DNA from: an uncultured Chloroflexia bacterium | Lineage (GTDB): Bacteria > Chloroflexota > Limnocylindria > Limnocylindrales > CSP1-4 | Assembly: GCA_963746845.1 (NCBI GenBank) | Contig: CAVVCZ010000005.1 | Span: 352,001-416,000 of the forward strand | Reading direction: 5' to 3' | Length of the DNA stretch: 64,000 nt | Part shown: in pieces, positions 47,331 through 56,851 of the stretch | Layout of the letters: each line of letters begins with the position of its first letter | Position numbering within the stretch: the first letter of the stretch is position 1 | Program-made: the position numbers and the translations under genes | Notes under the pieces: generated by a model | Database searches by the model: none | The model's input: the letters and a program-made list of their open reading frames with translations, nothing else | Told to the model about the DNA's origin: nothing

Positions 47331-47975
47331 TCAGTTGCGGCTGTCGCCCGTCGTCGCGGCGTCGTCGGGTCCGACGATGACCCACGCGTCCTGCCACGTG
47401 CCACCGGCGAGGGCCCGCTGGATGTTGAGCCAGGCCATGCCCTCGAGGGTCCGGGCCGAGGCGAGCGTCCCGGCGTCGACCGGGCGGAAGCCGACCGACT
47501 CGACGACCGATAGGACCGCCTGCTTGGCCGCGTGGTCGTCGCCGGCCACGAAGCCGTCCGCGGCGACTCCGTCGACGAGCGGCTGCGCCTGGCGCGAGGC
47601 GAACGCGGTGTTGAAGGCCTTCACGACGGAGGCCGACGGGAGCTTCGCCTGGAGCTCCTCGGCGATCGAGGTCGGCGAGCCGTCCGGCGACGGGGTCGGG
47701 CGGTTCGAGACGTCCACGACGATCTTCCCGTCGATCCGCGAGCCGAGCTCGTTCGCGACCTGGTCGAAGGCGGTGGCCGGGACGGCGAGGACGACGAGGT
47801 CGGCCGCCGAGACCGCCTCGGTATTGGTGACCGCCGCTCGGGCGCCGGTCTGCTCGGCCGCTGCGCGGGCGTGCTCGGGATGGGCCGCCGACAGGGTGAC
47901 GTCGTGTCCGGCCCTGGTGAGCGAGCCTGCGAGCGCGCGCCCGACGTTGCCGGCCCCGATGATGGCGATCTGCAT
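47331..47975 (-). CDS. NADP oxidoreductase, F420-dependent family (F420_oxidored)
   Basis: IAIIGAGNVG, VVLAVP, VDVSN, VVKAFNT, VAGDD, VDAGTL...RTLE; GGAGG RBS. Confidence 0.88.
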   Translation of the reverse strand: MQIAIIGAGNVGRALAGSLTRAGHDVTLSAAHPEHARAAAEQTGARAAVTNTEAVSAADLVVLAVPATAFDQVANELGSRIDGKIVVDVSNRPTPSPDGSPTSIAEELQAKLPSASVVKAFNTAFASRQAQPLVDGVAADGFVAGDDHAAKQAVLSVVESVGFRPVDAGTLASARTLEGMAWLNIQRALAGGTWQDAWVIVGPDDAATTGDSRN

Positions 47976-47995
47976 CAGGTGATCCTCCGGGATCT

Positions 47996-48071
47996 GCTTG
48001 ACATTGTTGCTGTGGTCAAGCGATATTTGTTGATAGCGAAACCGTACGACGATAGTTTGCTGTTGTCAAGC
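47996..48071. promoter_or_regulatory. AT-rich divergent promoter/operator region
   Basis: Minus-strand TTGACA (48069-48064)-17 bp-TACGGT (48046-48041); inverted repeat GCTTGAC/GTCAAGC (47996-48021); direct repeat TTGCTGT(G/T)GTCAAGC at 48007 and 48057. Confidence 0.7.
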
Positions 48072-48094
48072 ACTGTTTGTGGAGAACCAGTCCC

Positions 48095-48676
48095 GTGGCC
48101 ATCGAACCCCCCGTCGAGCACGGCGCCCGTCGCGCCCCCGCGGTCGGCCGGCAGGTCCGGCGCTGGCGGACGGACCGCGGCCTCACCCTCGCCCGCCTGG
48201 CGGGTGCCACAGGGCTGAACATCGGCTACCTGTCCCAGATCGAGAACGACAAGGCGTCGCCGTCCCTGACCTGCCTCTCGTCCCTCGCGACCGCCCTGGA
48301 CGTGCCGATCGCGTGGTTCCTCGTCGACGAGTCGGCCGAGCCGGAGGTCGTCCGCCACGCAGATCGTCGCTGGCGGACCTCGGCGGCCGGCCGTGCGAGC
48401 CGGGTCGACGGAGGCGCCTCGAGCGACATCGCGATCGTCGAGCTCGAGGCGGTCCCGGGCCAGCCCACCGGGCTGCACACCCATCCGGGCGACGAGCACC
48501 ACTACGTGACGGCGGGCCGGTTCCGGATGACCCAGGGCGACCACGTCGTGGAGCTGGGGCCCGGCGATTACCTCCGCTGGGACGGACTGATCCCCCACGA
48601 CGCCGAGGCGATCGGCGACGCGCCCGCCTCGATGCTGATCGTGCGGCTCACCCGCCACGGCGAGCCGCACGACTGA
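48095..48676 (+). CDS. XRE-family HTH + cupin transcriptional regulator
   Basis: VRRWRTDRGLTLARLAGATGLNIGYLSQIENDKASPSL; HTHPGDEHHYV...IPH. Confidence 0.9.
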   Translation: MAIEPPVEHGARRAPAVGRQVRRWRTDRGLTLARLAGATGLNIGYLSQIENDKASPSLTCLSSLATALDVPIAWFLVDESAEPEVVRHADRRWRTSAAGRASRVDGGASSDIAIVELEAVPGQPTGLHTHPGDEHHYVTAGRFRMTQGDHVVELGPGDYLRWDGLIPHDAEAIGDAPASMLIVRLTRHGEPHD

Positions 48677-48687
48677 CGGCCGACATG

Positions 48688-48718
48688 CCGAACGGCCGGC
48701 GCGAGGCCGGCCGTTCGG
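48688..48718. terminator. Hairpin between convergent genes
   Basis: CCGAACGGCCGGC-GCGAG-GCCGGCCGTTCGG, 13-bp perfect stem. Confidence 0.7.
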
Positions 48719-48739
48719 AGGAGCGAAGCGCGAGGTCCG

Positions 48740-49288
48740 TCAGTTCACGCGGCTGACCGTGAACGGGTTGGTCAGCGGATGGTGGTTGCCCCGCCCGACC
48801 CAGATCCGCCCGATCGGCAGCTTCGAGGCGCCCATCGAGCCCCCGAAGGTGACGTGGCGGGCGCAGCTCGTCCGGAAGTTCAGCCCATCGATCCGGCCGT
48901 AGTTCGTGAACCGGTAGGTCAGCGTCTTGTGGTCGGCGCTCAGGGCGATGAAGTCGCTCCCCTCGAGGTGGACGGCCCGCGCGTCCGTGATCGCGGCGCT
49001 CGACACGATCCGCCCGCTGAACACGACCTTGCCGGTCCCGCGATGGGTCACCCGCAGATGCCAGCCGGTCGCGTCATGCCAGATGTAGTCCCCGGCCGAC
49101 GCGCCCGCGTGCCATGCCGTCGGCACGCCCTGGACCGAGGCCGGCCAGTGGCCGTCGGTGCAGGCGGCCGTCGCGGCGGCAGCAGTGGGCCCGGGCGAAG
49201 CGGCGAGCGTCGCGGCGGGTGCGACGAGAGCGGCCGTGAGGGCGACGAGGCCCATCAGGGTTCCGAGGATCGGGCGTCGGATCGTCAT
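48740..49288 (-). CDS. Secreted hypothetical protein
   Basis: Sec signal peptide; beta-rich domain YIWHDATGWHLRVT...DGLNF; GGAG RBS. Confidence 0.75.
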   Translation of the reverse strand: MTIRRPILGTLMGLVALTAALVAPAATLAASPGPTAAAATAACTDGHWPASVQGVPTAWHAGASAGDYIWHDATGWHLRVTHRGTGKVVFSGRIVSSAAITDARAVHLEGSDFIALSADHKTLTYRFTNYGRIDGLNFRTSCARHVTFGGSMGASKLPIGRIWVGRGNHHPLTNPFTVSRVN

Positions 49289-49491
49289 TCGAGCATCTCC
49301 GTAGGCGTGGAGTGGTCGAGGGCACCCTCGTGGGCCCGCGTACGACCGTCGACCCGGAAACGTCAGGAGGACGTAAGACCGGCACGCAACCGCAACCCGC
49401 GGCGCGCCACGCTCCCGCCCGACGATCGGTATCCTTCACGCGTCCCGCGGACGGACCACGCTCCGTCGATCACACAGGTCAGGTGGTGCCC

Positions 49492-50640
49492 ATGAAGGTC
49501 GGCGTCGCCAAGGAGACCGCGCCCGGCGAGCGGCGCGTCGCCCTGGTACCCGAAGCGCTCGGCAAGCTCACGACGGCCGGGCTCGAGATCCTCGTCGAGA
49601 CCGGCGCCGGCGCCGGATCGGCAATCCCGGACAGCGCGTATGCGGATGCTGGTGCGACCGTCGTCTCGACCGACGATCTGTACGCCCGGGCCGATGCGAT
49701 CCTTCGGGTCCAGAAGCCGAGCGCGACCGAGGTCGGACGGTTCCGGAAGGGCCAGGCGGTCCTCGGCCTGCTCCAGCCGCTGATCGATCCGGCCGGCGCG
49801 AAGGCCCTCGCCGACGCGGGCGTCACCGCGATCAGCCTGGACGCGATCCCGCGCACGCTGAGCCGGGCCCAGACGATGGATGCCCTGAGCTCGCAGGCGA
49901 ACGTCGGCGGCTACAAGGCCGTCCTGATCGCGGCCAACGCCTATCCCCGCTACTTCCCGCTGCTGACGACCGCGGCCGGGACGGCCAAGCCGGCCAACGT
50001 CCTGATCCTCGGGATCGGCGTCGCAGGGCTGCAGGCGATCGGCACGGCCCGGCGGCTGGGCGCGATCGTCCATGCCTACGACGTCCGGCCCGAGACGCGC
50101 GAGCAGGCCGAGAGCCTCGGCGCGAAGTTCGTGAAGCTGAAGACGACGATCGACGCGACCGGGGCCGGCGGGTACGCCCGCGAGCTGACGCCCGAGGAGC
50201 GTGCCGCTCAGCAGGCGGAGCTGAACGAGGCGATCGGCGGGATGGACGTCGTGATCACGACGGCCCAGGTCCCGGGGCGCAAGCCGCCGGTCCTCGTGAC
50301 TGCCGCAGCCGTCGAGCAGATGAAGCCGGGCTCGATCATCGTCGACATGGCGGCCTCGACTCTCGGTGGCAACTGCGAGCTGTCACGGGTCGGCGAGACG
50401 ATCGAGACGTCGAACGGCGTGACGATCATCGCCCCGGACAACCTGCCCGCATCGATGCCGGCGGGGGCCTCCGCGTTCTACGCGCGGAACATCTCGACCC
50501 TGCTGCTCGGGATGGTCAAGGACGGAGCGCTCAACCTCGACTTCGAGGACGAGGTGACCAGGGCGACGGTCATCACCCGTGACGGCGCCGTCGTCAGCGA
50601 ACCCGTGAACAAGCTGCTGAACCCCGGAGGCGCGGCGTGA
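49492..50640 (+). CDS. pntA: NAD(P) transhydrogenase subunit alpha part 1
   Basis: MKVGVAKETAPGERRVALVP, RAQTMDALSSQ, GIGVAGLQAI, GGYA, ITTAQVPGR, GGNC. Confidence 0.95.
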   Translation: MKVGVAKETAPGERRVALVPEALGKLTTAGLEILVETGAGAGSAIPDSAYADAGATVVSTDDLYARADAILRVQKPSATEVGRFRKGQAVLGLLQPLIDPAGAKALADAGVTAISLDAIPRTLSRAQTMDALSSQANVGGYKAVLIAANAYPRYFPLLTTAAGTAKPANVLILGIGVAGLQAIGTARRLGAIVHAYDVRPETREQAESLGAKFVKLKTTIDATGAGGYARELTPEERAAQQAELNEAIGGMDVVITTAQVPGRKPPVLVTAAAVEQMKPGSIIVDMAASTLGGNCELSRVGETIETSNGVTIIAPDNLPASMPAGASAFYARNISTLLLGMVKDGALNLDFEDEVTRATVITRDGAVVSEPVNKLLNPGGAA

Positions 50641-50975
50641 TCCCGCAGGACATCCTGGACCTGCTCAACAACCTGACCGTCTTCACCCTGGCGATCCTCG
50701 TCGGGTTCGCGGTGATCAGCAAGGTCCCGGCGACCCTTCACACCCCGCTGATGTCGGGGGCCAACTCGATCCACGGGATCGTCCTCGTCGGCGCGATGCT
50801 CATCGCGGCCGAGGTGAATGACGTCGCCGGCTACCTGCTGGCCCTCGTGGCGGTCGGGTTCGCGACGATGAACGTCGTCGGCGGCTACGTCGTCACCGAC
50901 CGGATGCTCCAGATGTTCCGGAAGAAGCCCGCGGCTCCGAAGCCCGCCGAGGCGGACGCGGAGGGCGGGGCGTAA
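50637..50975 (+). CDS. pntA: NAD(P) transhydrogenase subunit alpha part 2 (membrane)
   Basis: KVPATLHTPLMSGANSIHG, NVVGGYVVTDRMLQMF. Confidence 0.93.
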   Translation: MIPQDILDLLNNLTVFTLAILVGFAVISKVPATLHTPLMSGANSIHGIVLVGAMLIAAEVNDVAGYLLALVAVGFATMNVVGGYVVTDRMLQMFRKKPAAPKPAEADAEGGA

Positions 50976-50978
50976 CCG

Positions 50979-52412
50979 ATGGATACCCTCGGCTACATCG
51001 AAGTCCTCGTCCGCATCCTGTGGATCGCGGGCGCCGTCTGCTTCGTCCTCGGCCTCGTCCAGATGAACTCGCCCGCGACGGCGCGGAACGGCAACCTGCT
51101 GTCGGCCGGCGGCATGGCCGTCGCGATCGGCGCGACCGCGGTCCTGATCCTCGCCCGCCAGCTGCTCGGCGAGGGGTTCGTCGCGACGGGCTGGATCATC
51201 ATCCTCATCGGCATCGCGATCGGCGGCGGGCTCGGCCTGTACACCGCGCGGACCGTGAAGATGACCGCGATGCCGCAGCTGGTGTCGCTGTTCAATGCCG
51301 TCGGCGGCGGCGCGGCAGCCCTGATCGCAATCGAGGACTACCTGCGGCTGTCGTCCGCGGGTGCGAACGTCCGGCTCGACACGAACATCTTCATCGTGCT
51401 CGACATCATCATCGGGTCGATCACGTTCTCGGGCTCGCTCATCGCCTCCGGCAAGCTCCAGGGCCTGATCCCGGGCAAGCCGATCATGATCCCGGGCGGC
51501 CGGCTCGTGACCGCGGCGCTCGCCCTGATCACGGTCGTCGCCGCGGTGGTCCTGTTCGCGACGGGCACGCCGAACGTGGCCCTGATGCTCGTGATCCTCG
51601 CGGCCGCCCTCGTCTTCGGCGTGACGATGACCCTGCCGATCGGCGGTGCCGACATGCCCGTCGTCATCAGCCTGCTGAACTCGTTCACGGGCACCGCCGT
51701 CGCGATGGCCGGCTTCGTCATCGACAACCCGGTCCTGATCATCGCCGGCGCCCTCGTCGGCGCGTCCGGCGCGATCCTCACGAAGCTGATGGCCGACGCG
51801 ATGAACCGCTCGGTGCTGAACATCATGATCGGCGGGTTCGGTGGCGGCGACAGCACGGGCGCCGTCGTCGGGGCCGAGGGCGGCTCCGTCCGGGAGATCG
51901 GCGTCGACGATGCCGCGATCCAGCTGGCGTACGCCCAGTCGGTGATCGTCGTCCCGGGCTACGGCCTCGCCGTGGCCCAGGCCCAGCACGCCGTCCGCGA
52001 GCTCGCCGAGCTGCTCGAGAGCCGGGGCGTCGACGTGAAGTATGCGATCCACCCGGTCGCCGGCCGGATGCCGGGACACATGAACGTGCTGCTCGCCGAG
52101 GCCAACGTCCCCTATCCCCAGCTCAAGGAGATGGACGACATCAACCCGGAGTTCGAGCGAGCCGACGTGGCCCTCGTGATCGGCGCAAACGACGTCACCA
52201 ACCCGGCCGCCCGCCGCCCGGGCTCGCCGGTGTCCGGCATGCCGATCCTCGACGTCGACCACGCGAGGTCGATCGTCGTGATCAAGCGCTCGATGGGCAA
52301 GGGCTACGCGGGCATCGACAACGAGCTGTACACGAACCCCAAGACGGGGATGCTCTTCGCCGATGCGAAGGACGGCCTGGCGTCGCTGACGGCGGCGGTC
52401 AAGGCCCTGTAG
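50979..52412 (+). CDS. pntB: NAD(P) transhydrogenase subunit beta
   Basis: MTAMPQLV, IGGADMPVVISLLNS, VPGYGLAVAQAQ, HPVAGRMPGHMNVLLAEA, GANDVTNPAA. Confidence 0.96.
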   Translation: MDTLGYIEVLVRILWIAGAVCFVLGLVQMNSPATARNGNLLSAGGMAVAIGATAVLILARQLLGEGFVATGWIIILIGIAIGGGLGLYTARTVKMTAMPQLVSLFNAVGGGAAALIAIEDYLRLSSAGANVRLDTNIFIVLDIIIGSITFSGSLIASGKLQGLIPGKPIMIPGGRLVTAALALITVVAAVVLFATGTPNVALMLVILAAALVFGVTMTLPIGGADMPVVISLLNSFTGTAVAMAGFVIDNPVLIIAGALVGASGAILTKLMADAMNRSVLNIMIGGFGGGDSTGAVVGAEGGSVREIGVDDAAIQLAYAQSVIVVPGYGLAVAQAQHAVRELAELLESRGVDVKYAIHPVAGRMPGHMNVLLAEANVPYPQLKEMDDINPEFERADVALVIGANDVTNPAARRPGSPVSGMPILDVDHARSIVVIKRSMGKGYAGIDNELYTNPKTGMLFADAKDGLASLTAAVKAL

Positions 52413-52450
52413 GGGGGCGGCGGTCGGATCGGCCGCCGAGGGGGGGTCCG

Positions 52451-53446
52451 ATGCAGAAGATCCTCAACGACCCGGAGCGGTTCGTCGACGAGATGCTCGC
52501 GGGCATCGTCGCGGCCCACGGGGGCGAGCTGCGCCGGGTGGGGCCGCGGGGGATCGTCCGCACCACCGCCCCGGCGGCCGGCAAGGTCGCGATCGTGACC
52601 GGCGGCGGCTCCGGGCACCTGCCGGTCTTCATGGGCTACGTCGGGAGCGGGCTGCTCGACGGGGCGTCGATCGGCGAGGTCTTCGCGTCGCCGAGCGCCG
52701 ACCAGATGCTCGAGGTCACCGAGGCCGTGTCCGCGGGCCGTGGCGTCCTGTACCTGTACGGGAACTACGGCGGGGACGTGATGAACTTCGACCTCGCCGC
52801 CGAGCTGGCCGGCGCGTCCGGGATCGAGGTCCGGTCGTTCCTGGCCGCCGACGATGTCGCCTCGGCGCCGCCCGAGCGCGCCGATCGCCGGCGCGGGATC
52901 GCCGGGATCTTCCTGCTCTACAAGGTCGCCGGAGCCGCGGCGGACCGCGGGGCCACCCTCGACGAGGTGGTCGCCGTCGTCGCGCGCGCCGCGGACGGCC
53001 TGCGCACGATGGGGGTGGCGCTCTCGCCGTGCACGATCCCGGCGGCCGGCGTCCCGACGTTCGAGCTGCCGGACGGCCAGATGGAGATCGGGATGGGGAT
53101 CCACGGCGAGCCGGGCGTGCGGCGTGGCGCCCTGGAGCCCGCCGACCGCATTGCCGACGAGCTGGTCGAGGCGATCCTCGACGACCGGCCATACGCGCCG
53201 GGCTCGCGGGTCGCGGTGCTGGTCAACGGCCTCGGCGCGACACCGAAGGAGGAGCTGTACATCCTCTACCGGCGCGTGGCCGAGCGACTCGACGAGCGGA
53301 AGCTGGCGGTCCATCGGGTCTGGATCGGCGAGTACGCGACGTCCCTGGAGATGGCCGGGGCATCGGTCAGCATCATGGCCGTCGACGACGAGCTGGCGGC
53401 CCTCCTCGACCATCCCGTCGCGACCCCGTTCGTCGTTCAGGCGTGA
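52451..53446 (+). CDS. dhaK: Dihydroxyacetone kinase subunit K (DAK1)
   Basis: MQKILND, TGGGSGHLP, GEVFASPS, NYGGDVMNF, MGIHGEPG, VNGLGATP, TSLEMAG. Confidence 0.9.
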   Translation: MQKILNDPERFVDEMLAGIVAAHGGELRRVGPRGIVRTTAPAAGKVAIVTGGGSGHLPVFMGYVGSGLLDGASIGEVFASPSADQMLEVTEAVSAGRGVLYLYGNYGGDVMNFDLAAELAGASGIEVRSFLAADDVASAPPERADRRRGIAGIFLLYKVAGAAADRGATLDEVVAVVARAADGLRTMGVALSPCTIPAAGVPTFELPDGQMEIGMGIHGEPGVRRGALEPADRIADELVEAILDDRPYAPGSRVAVLVNGLGATPKEELYILYRRVAERLDERKLAVHRVWIGEYATSLEMAGASVSIMAVDDELAALLDHPVATPFVVQA

Positions 53447-54087
53447 CCGCCGGGCCCACGCTGGGTGACGCCCTCGTCGCGATCGCGGCGGCGCTCGTCG
53501 ACGAGCGTGAGCCGCTGAACCGCCTCGACGGTGTCGCGGGCGATGGCGACCTCGGGTTGACCGCGGGGCGCGCCGCCGACGCCCTGGTGGAGCTCGCTCC
53601 GACGGTCGACGCCATGGACCCGCCCGCCGCCGCGAAGTCGATCGGGATGGCGCTTGCCCGCCGGGCGCCGTCCACCGGCGGCACCCTCATCGCCTTCGCC
53701 TGCCTGGCCGCGGCGAAGGTCGAGCCGATTCCCGGCGCCTCGCCGACCAGGACCCTCGCGGATCTCGTCGAGGCCGCGCGCGACGAGATCGCGACCCGCG
53801 GCAAGGTGGAGCCAGGCGATCGGACGATCCTCGATGCGATCGGCCCGGCCGCGGCAGCGATCCGGGCCGCGGCGGAGGCCCACGCCTCCGTGGCCGAGGC
53901 CCTGGCGAGCGCGGCCGCGGCGGCCGACGACGGGGCGCGTGCGACGACCGGGATGGCGGCAACGACGGGCCGGGCCGGCTGGCTCGCCGACCGGGCGCGC
54001 GGGCACGAGGACGCGGGTGCGCGGCTCGCGGCGATCGTGTTCGCGGCCGCCGCATCGGCCACCCGACCGGCGGATCCCACGTCGTAG
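53443..54087 (+). CDS. dhaL: Dihydroxyacetone kinase subunit L (DAK2)
   Basis: LNRLDGVAGDGDLG, GDRTILDA, GRAGWL, DAGA; GTGA overlap with dhaK. Confidence 0.85.
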   Translation: MTAGPTLGDALVAIAAALVDEREPLNRLDGVAGDGDLGLTAGRAADALVELAPTVDAMDPPAAAKSIGMALARRAPSTGGTLIAFACLAAAKVEPIPGASPTRTLADLVEAARDEIATRGKVEPGDRTILDAIGPAAAAIRAAAEAHASVAEALASAAAAADDGARATTGMAATTGRAGWLADRARGHEDAGARLAAIVFAAAASATRPADPTS

Positions 54088-54141
54088 ACTGCCGTCGTCG
54101 CCCGGGCCGATCGTCCGGGACGGGGGAAGGAGCAGTCCGAC

Positions 54142-54900
54142 GTGTCGTCGTCCGAACCGCCGTCGGGGCCCGCGGGCCCGTCCGAGCCTGAGGTCCCGGC
54201 CACACCACCGGCCGCGGCGGTCCCGCTGCCGGCCATGCCGCCTCCGCCCGCGGCGCCGGCACCCCCGGCCGGCCCGTCGCCGGAGGTCCCTCCGCCGCCT
54301 CCCGGATACCCGGTGAGCGTCGGTGTCCCGCATGACCCGGGTCAGAGCCGGCTGTGGGGCATCCCGCTGATCGGGATCTGGATCCGCGCGATCCTCGTCA
54401 TCCCGCAGGTCATCGTGCTGATCGTCCTGTGGTTGATCGTCGCCGTGCTGTTCCTCGTCAGCTGGATCCCGATCCTGTTCATGGGCCGCCAGGCGGGGTT
54501 CATCTACCAGATGGTCGGCGGCCTCCTCCGCCTGTCGATCCGCACGGCCCTGTACGTGACGCTGATGACCGGGAAGTACCCGCCCTTCGGGCCGGGCGAC
54601 GAGCACGCGATCACCTTGACCTTCGATGAATCCGAGGAACAGAACCGGTTGTGGGGCATCCCGATCATCGGGATCTGGGCCCGGGTCATCCTCCTGATCC
54701 CGCACTTCATCGTGCTCTGGGTGCTCGGGATCGGCGTCGGCCTGATCGCATGGGTGAGCTGGATCCCGGTCCTCGTCAACGGCCGCCAGGCCGATGCGAT
54801 CGTCGACTACGTCAGCGGCGTCTATCGCTGGTCGACGCGCGTCGGCTCCTACGCGTTGCTGTTGACGGGCACGTATCCGCCGTTCCGTCTCGGCGAATAG
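54142..54900 (+). CDS. DUF4389 domain membrane protein (two internal repeats)
   Basis: Repeat RLWGIP..IWxRxILxIP..IVL...LxTGxYPPF occurs twice; Pro-rich N-terminus. Confidence 0.8.
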   Translation: MSSSEPPSGPAGPSEPEVPATPPAAAVPLPAMPPPPAAPAPPAGPSPEVPPPPPGYPVSVGVPHDPGQSRLWGIPLIGIWIRAILVIPQVIVLIVLWLIVAVLFLVSWIPILFMGRQAGFIYQMVGGLLRLSIRTALYVTLMTGKYPPFGPGDEHAITLTFDESEEQNRLWGIPIIGIWARVILLIPHFIVLWVLGIGVGLIAWVSWIPVLVNGRQADAIVDYVSGVYRWSTRVGSYALLLTGTYPPFRLGE

Positions 54901-54925
54901 GGCCGAGTCGCCAGGGCGCCAGGCC

Positions 54926-56041
54926 CTACGCGCTCGGCACGACCGCCGCGGTCCGTGGAACGACGTTCACGTCCGCGATCTCGAGCGGCGCCAGCGTCCC
55001 CAGCGATTCGGCGACCACGACCGCGTCGTCACCCGGCTGAAGGACGAAGTCCGTCTCCGGGTTGACGAACGCGTGTCCCCCGCGGTTGACCGACAGGAGC
55101 GTGGCCCGATGCTCGGACCGCAGGCGGGCCGAGACCTCGTCGATGGTCATCCCACAGTATTCGTCGGGCAGGCTGATCCGGTACAGCTCGGAGCCCTCGC
55201 CACCGGACACGATGTCCGTGATCAGGCCGGTGAGGCCCGGGTAGAGGGCGGATCGCGCCAGCAGGTGCGAGGCGACCTTCGAGGTCACGAGCACCTCGTC
55301 GACCTCGGCGCGCCGGAAGTGCGGCTCGTGGCGCGGGTTGTTGACCTCGGCGACCGTCCGGACGTGGGGGGCGATGTGCTCGATCGCCATGATCGTCAGG
55401 ATCGAGTTCATGTCGGCCGCGTCCGATGAGTCGAACGGGAAGATCAGGGCGGCGGCCGCCTCGGTGATCCCGGCTCGCTCCAGGTCCTCGGCGTTCGTCG
55501 GGTCCCCGCGGACGAAGTACACGCCGTTGCCCGCCGGGTTCTTCTCGACGTCCGCGATCAGGACGACCTTCGACTCGTAGTCGTCGCCTTTCAGCTCGTC
55601 GATCAGGTCGCGGGCGGTCGTGTTCCAGCCGCAGACGATGATGTGGTCCGTGTAGCCCGACGCACCCAAGCCCTGGCCCTCCTTGAGCAGGAAGTCGATG
55701 ACGAGCGCAACCAGCGCCCCGGTGAGCGTCCCGATGATCGCGACGCCGAACAGGCTGAAGAACCAGCCAACGATCCAGCCGACCGGGCTGGTGACATACG
55801 ACGAGTCGCCCTGCCCGAGGATCGTCTGGACGCCCCAGTTCAGCGACGATCCGAGGGAGCTCAGCGTCAGCGGCTTCTCGACGAGCGTGATGAGCAACGC
55901 CGCGACCAGGACGAGGGCGAACGCGCCGAACAGCAGCTGACCGAAGAACCGTCGGTCGACGGCACCGCGAACCCGGGACAGGTGCCAGCCGACGCGCCGG
56001 AAGACGGGGCTGCTGAAGAGTGGGGCGAGGAAGCGCTGCAC
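54926..56041 (-). CDS. Potassium-channel-like protein (2 TM + pore + TrkA-N/RCK) with non-canonical filter
   Basis: WGVQTILGQGDSSYVTSPVG pore segment; HIIVCGWN, FVRGDPT...LERAGI, RTVAEV RCK motifs. Confidence 0.85.
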   Translation of the reverse strand: MQRFLAPLFSSPVFRRVGWHLSRVRGAVDRRFFGQLLFGAFALVLVAALLITLVEKPLTLSSLGSSLNWGVQTILGQGDSSYVTSPVGWIVGWFFSLFGVAIIGTLTGALVALVIDFLLKEGQGLGASGYTDHIIVCGWNTTARDLIDELKGDDYESKVVLIADVEKNPAGNGVYFVRGDPTNAEDLERAGITEAAAALIFPFDSSDAADMNSILTIMAIEHIAPHVRTVAEVNNPRHEPHFRRAEVDEVLVTSKVASHLLARSALYPGLTGLITDIVSGGEGSELYRISLPDEYCGMTIDEVSARLRSEHRATLLSVNRGGHAFVNPETDFVLQPGDDAVVVAESLGTLAPLEIADVNVVPRTAAVVPSA

Positions 56042-56092
56042 GATCGCGCCTCATCGTGCCACAGCCCCGTGACCTCCCGGACCCTCAGCGCG

Positions 56093-56788
56093 TCAGCCGA
56101 TCTCGACCGCCGCCTCCAGCACCTCGACGTCCGGGATCTCCGTGATCGCGTTCAACAGGTCGTCGGTCTGCGTGCCCGGCCGGATCCGGACGTTGAGGTC
56201 GATCTCGTAGTGGTTCTGGTGCGTGCGTTCGGTGCTGATCCCGGTGATCACGATCCCCCGATCGGCGAGCATCTTCGACACCTCGCCGATCGCCTCGAGC
56301 CGCCCAACGGCCAGCCGGAAGCCCACGGCGCGACCGCGCTTCGGGAAGATCCGCCGGACGAGCGCGGGCAGCGGGCCAAGCGAGAAGACGACCAGGCCCG
56401 TCGCGACGATCGCCAGGAACCACTCCCCGACTCCGGCCGCCATGCCGACGGCCGCCGTCACCCACAGGCTCGCGGCCGTCGTGAGCCCGCGGATCGAGGT
56501 GCCGTACTTGATGATCGCTCCGGCGCCCAGGAACCCGATCCCGGTCACGATCTGGGCCGCGACCCGGGACGGATCCACCGGGGCCGTCCCGTCGATTCCG
56601 AGCCCCGTGAAGCCATAGATCGAGAGCACCGTGAACAGCGCGGACCCGAGCGAGACGAGCAGGTGGGTCCGCGTTCCCGCCGGGTGCTCGTGGAACTCGC
56701 GCTCGACCCCGATCGTCGCGCCGAGGGCCGCGGCCAGGAGCAGCCGCAGACCCAGGTCCACCTGGAGCGCGAGATCGACCGATGGCAT
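56093..56788 (-). CDS. MgtC/SapB family protein with C-terminal ACT-like domain
   Basis: IGVERE, PAGTRTH, DPSRVAAQIVTGIGFLGAG, GLTTAASLW. Confidence 0.92.
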   Translation of the reverse strand: MPSVDLALQVDLGLRLLLAAALGATIGVEREFHEHPAGTRTHLLVSLGSALFTVLSIYGFTGLGIDGTAPVDPSRVAAQIVTGIGFLGAGAIIKYGTSIRGLTTAASLWVTAAVGMAAGVGEWFLAIVATGLVVFSLGPLPALVRRIFPKRGRAVGFRLAVGRLEAIGEVSKMLADRGIVITGISTERTHQNHYEIDLNVRIRPGTQTDDLLNAITEIPDVEVLEAAVEIG

Positions 56789-56851
56789 GCGGTGCTGCCC
56801 CTCCGGCTCGGACGGAGACTCGAACGTCAGTCTAGGGCGGGACGGTCGCGC

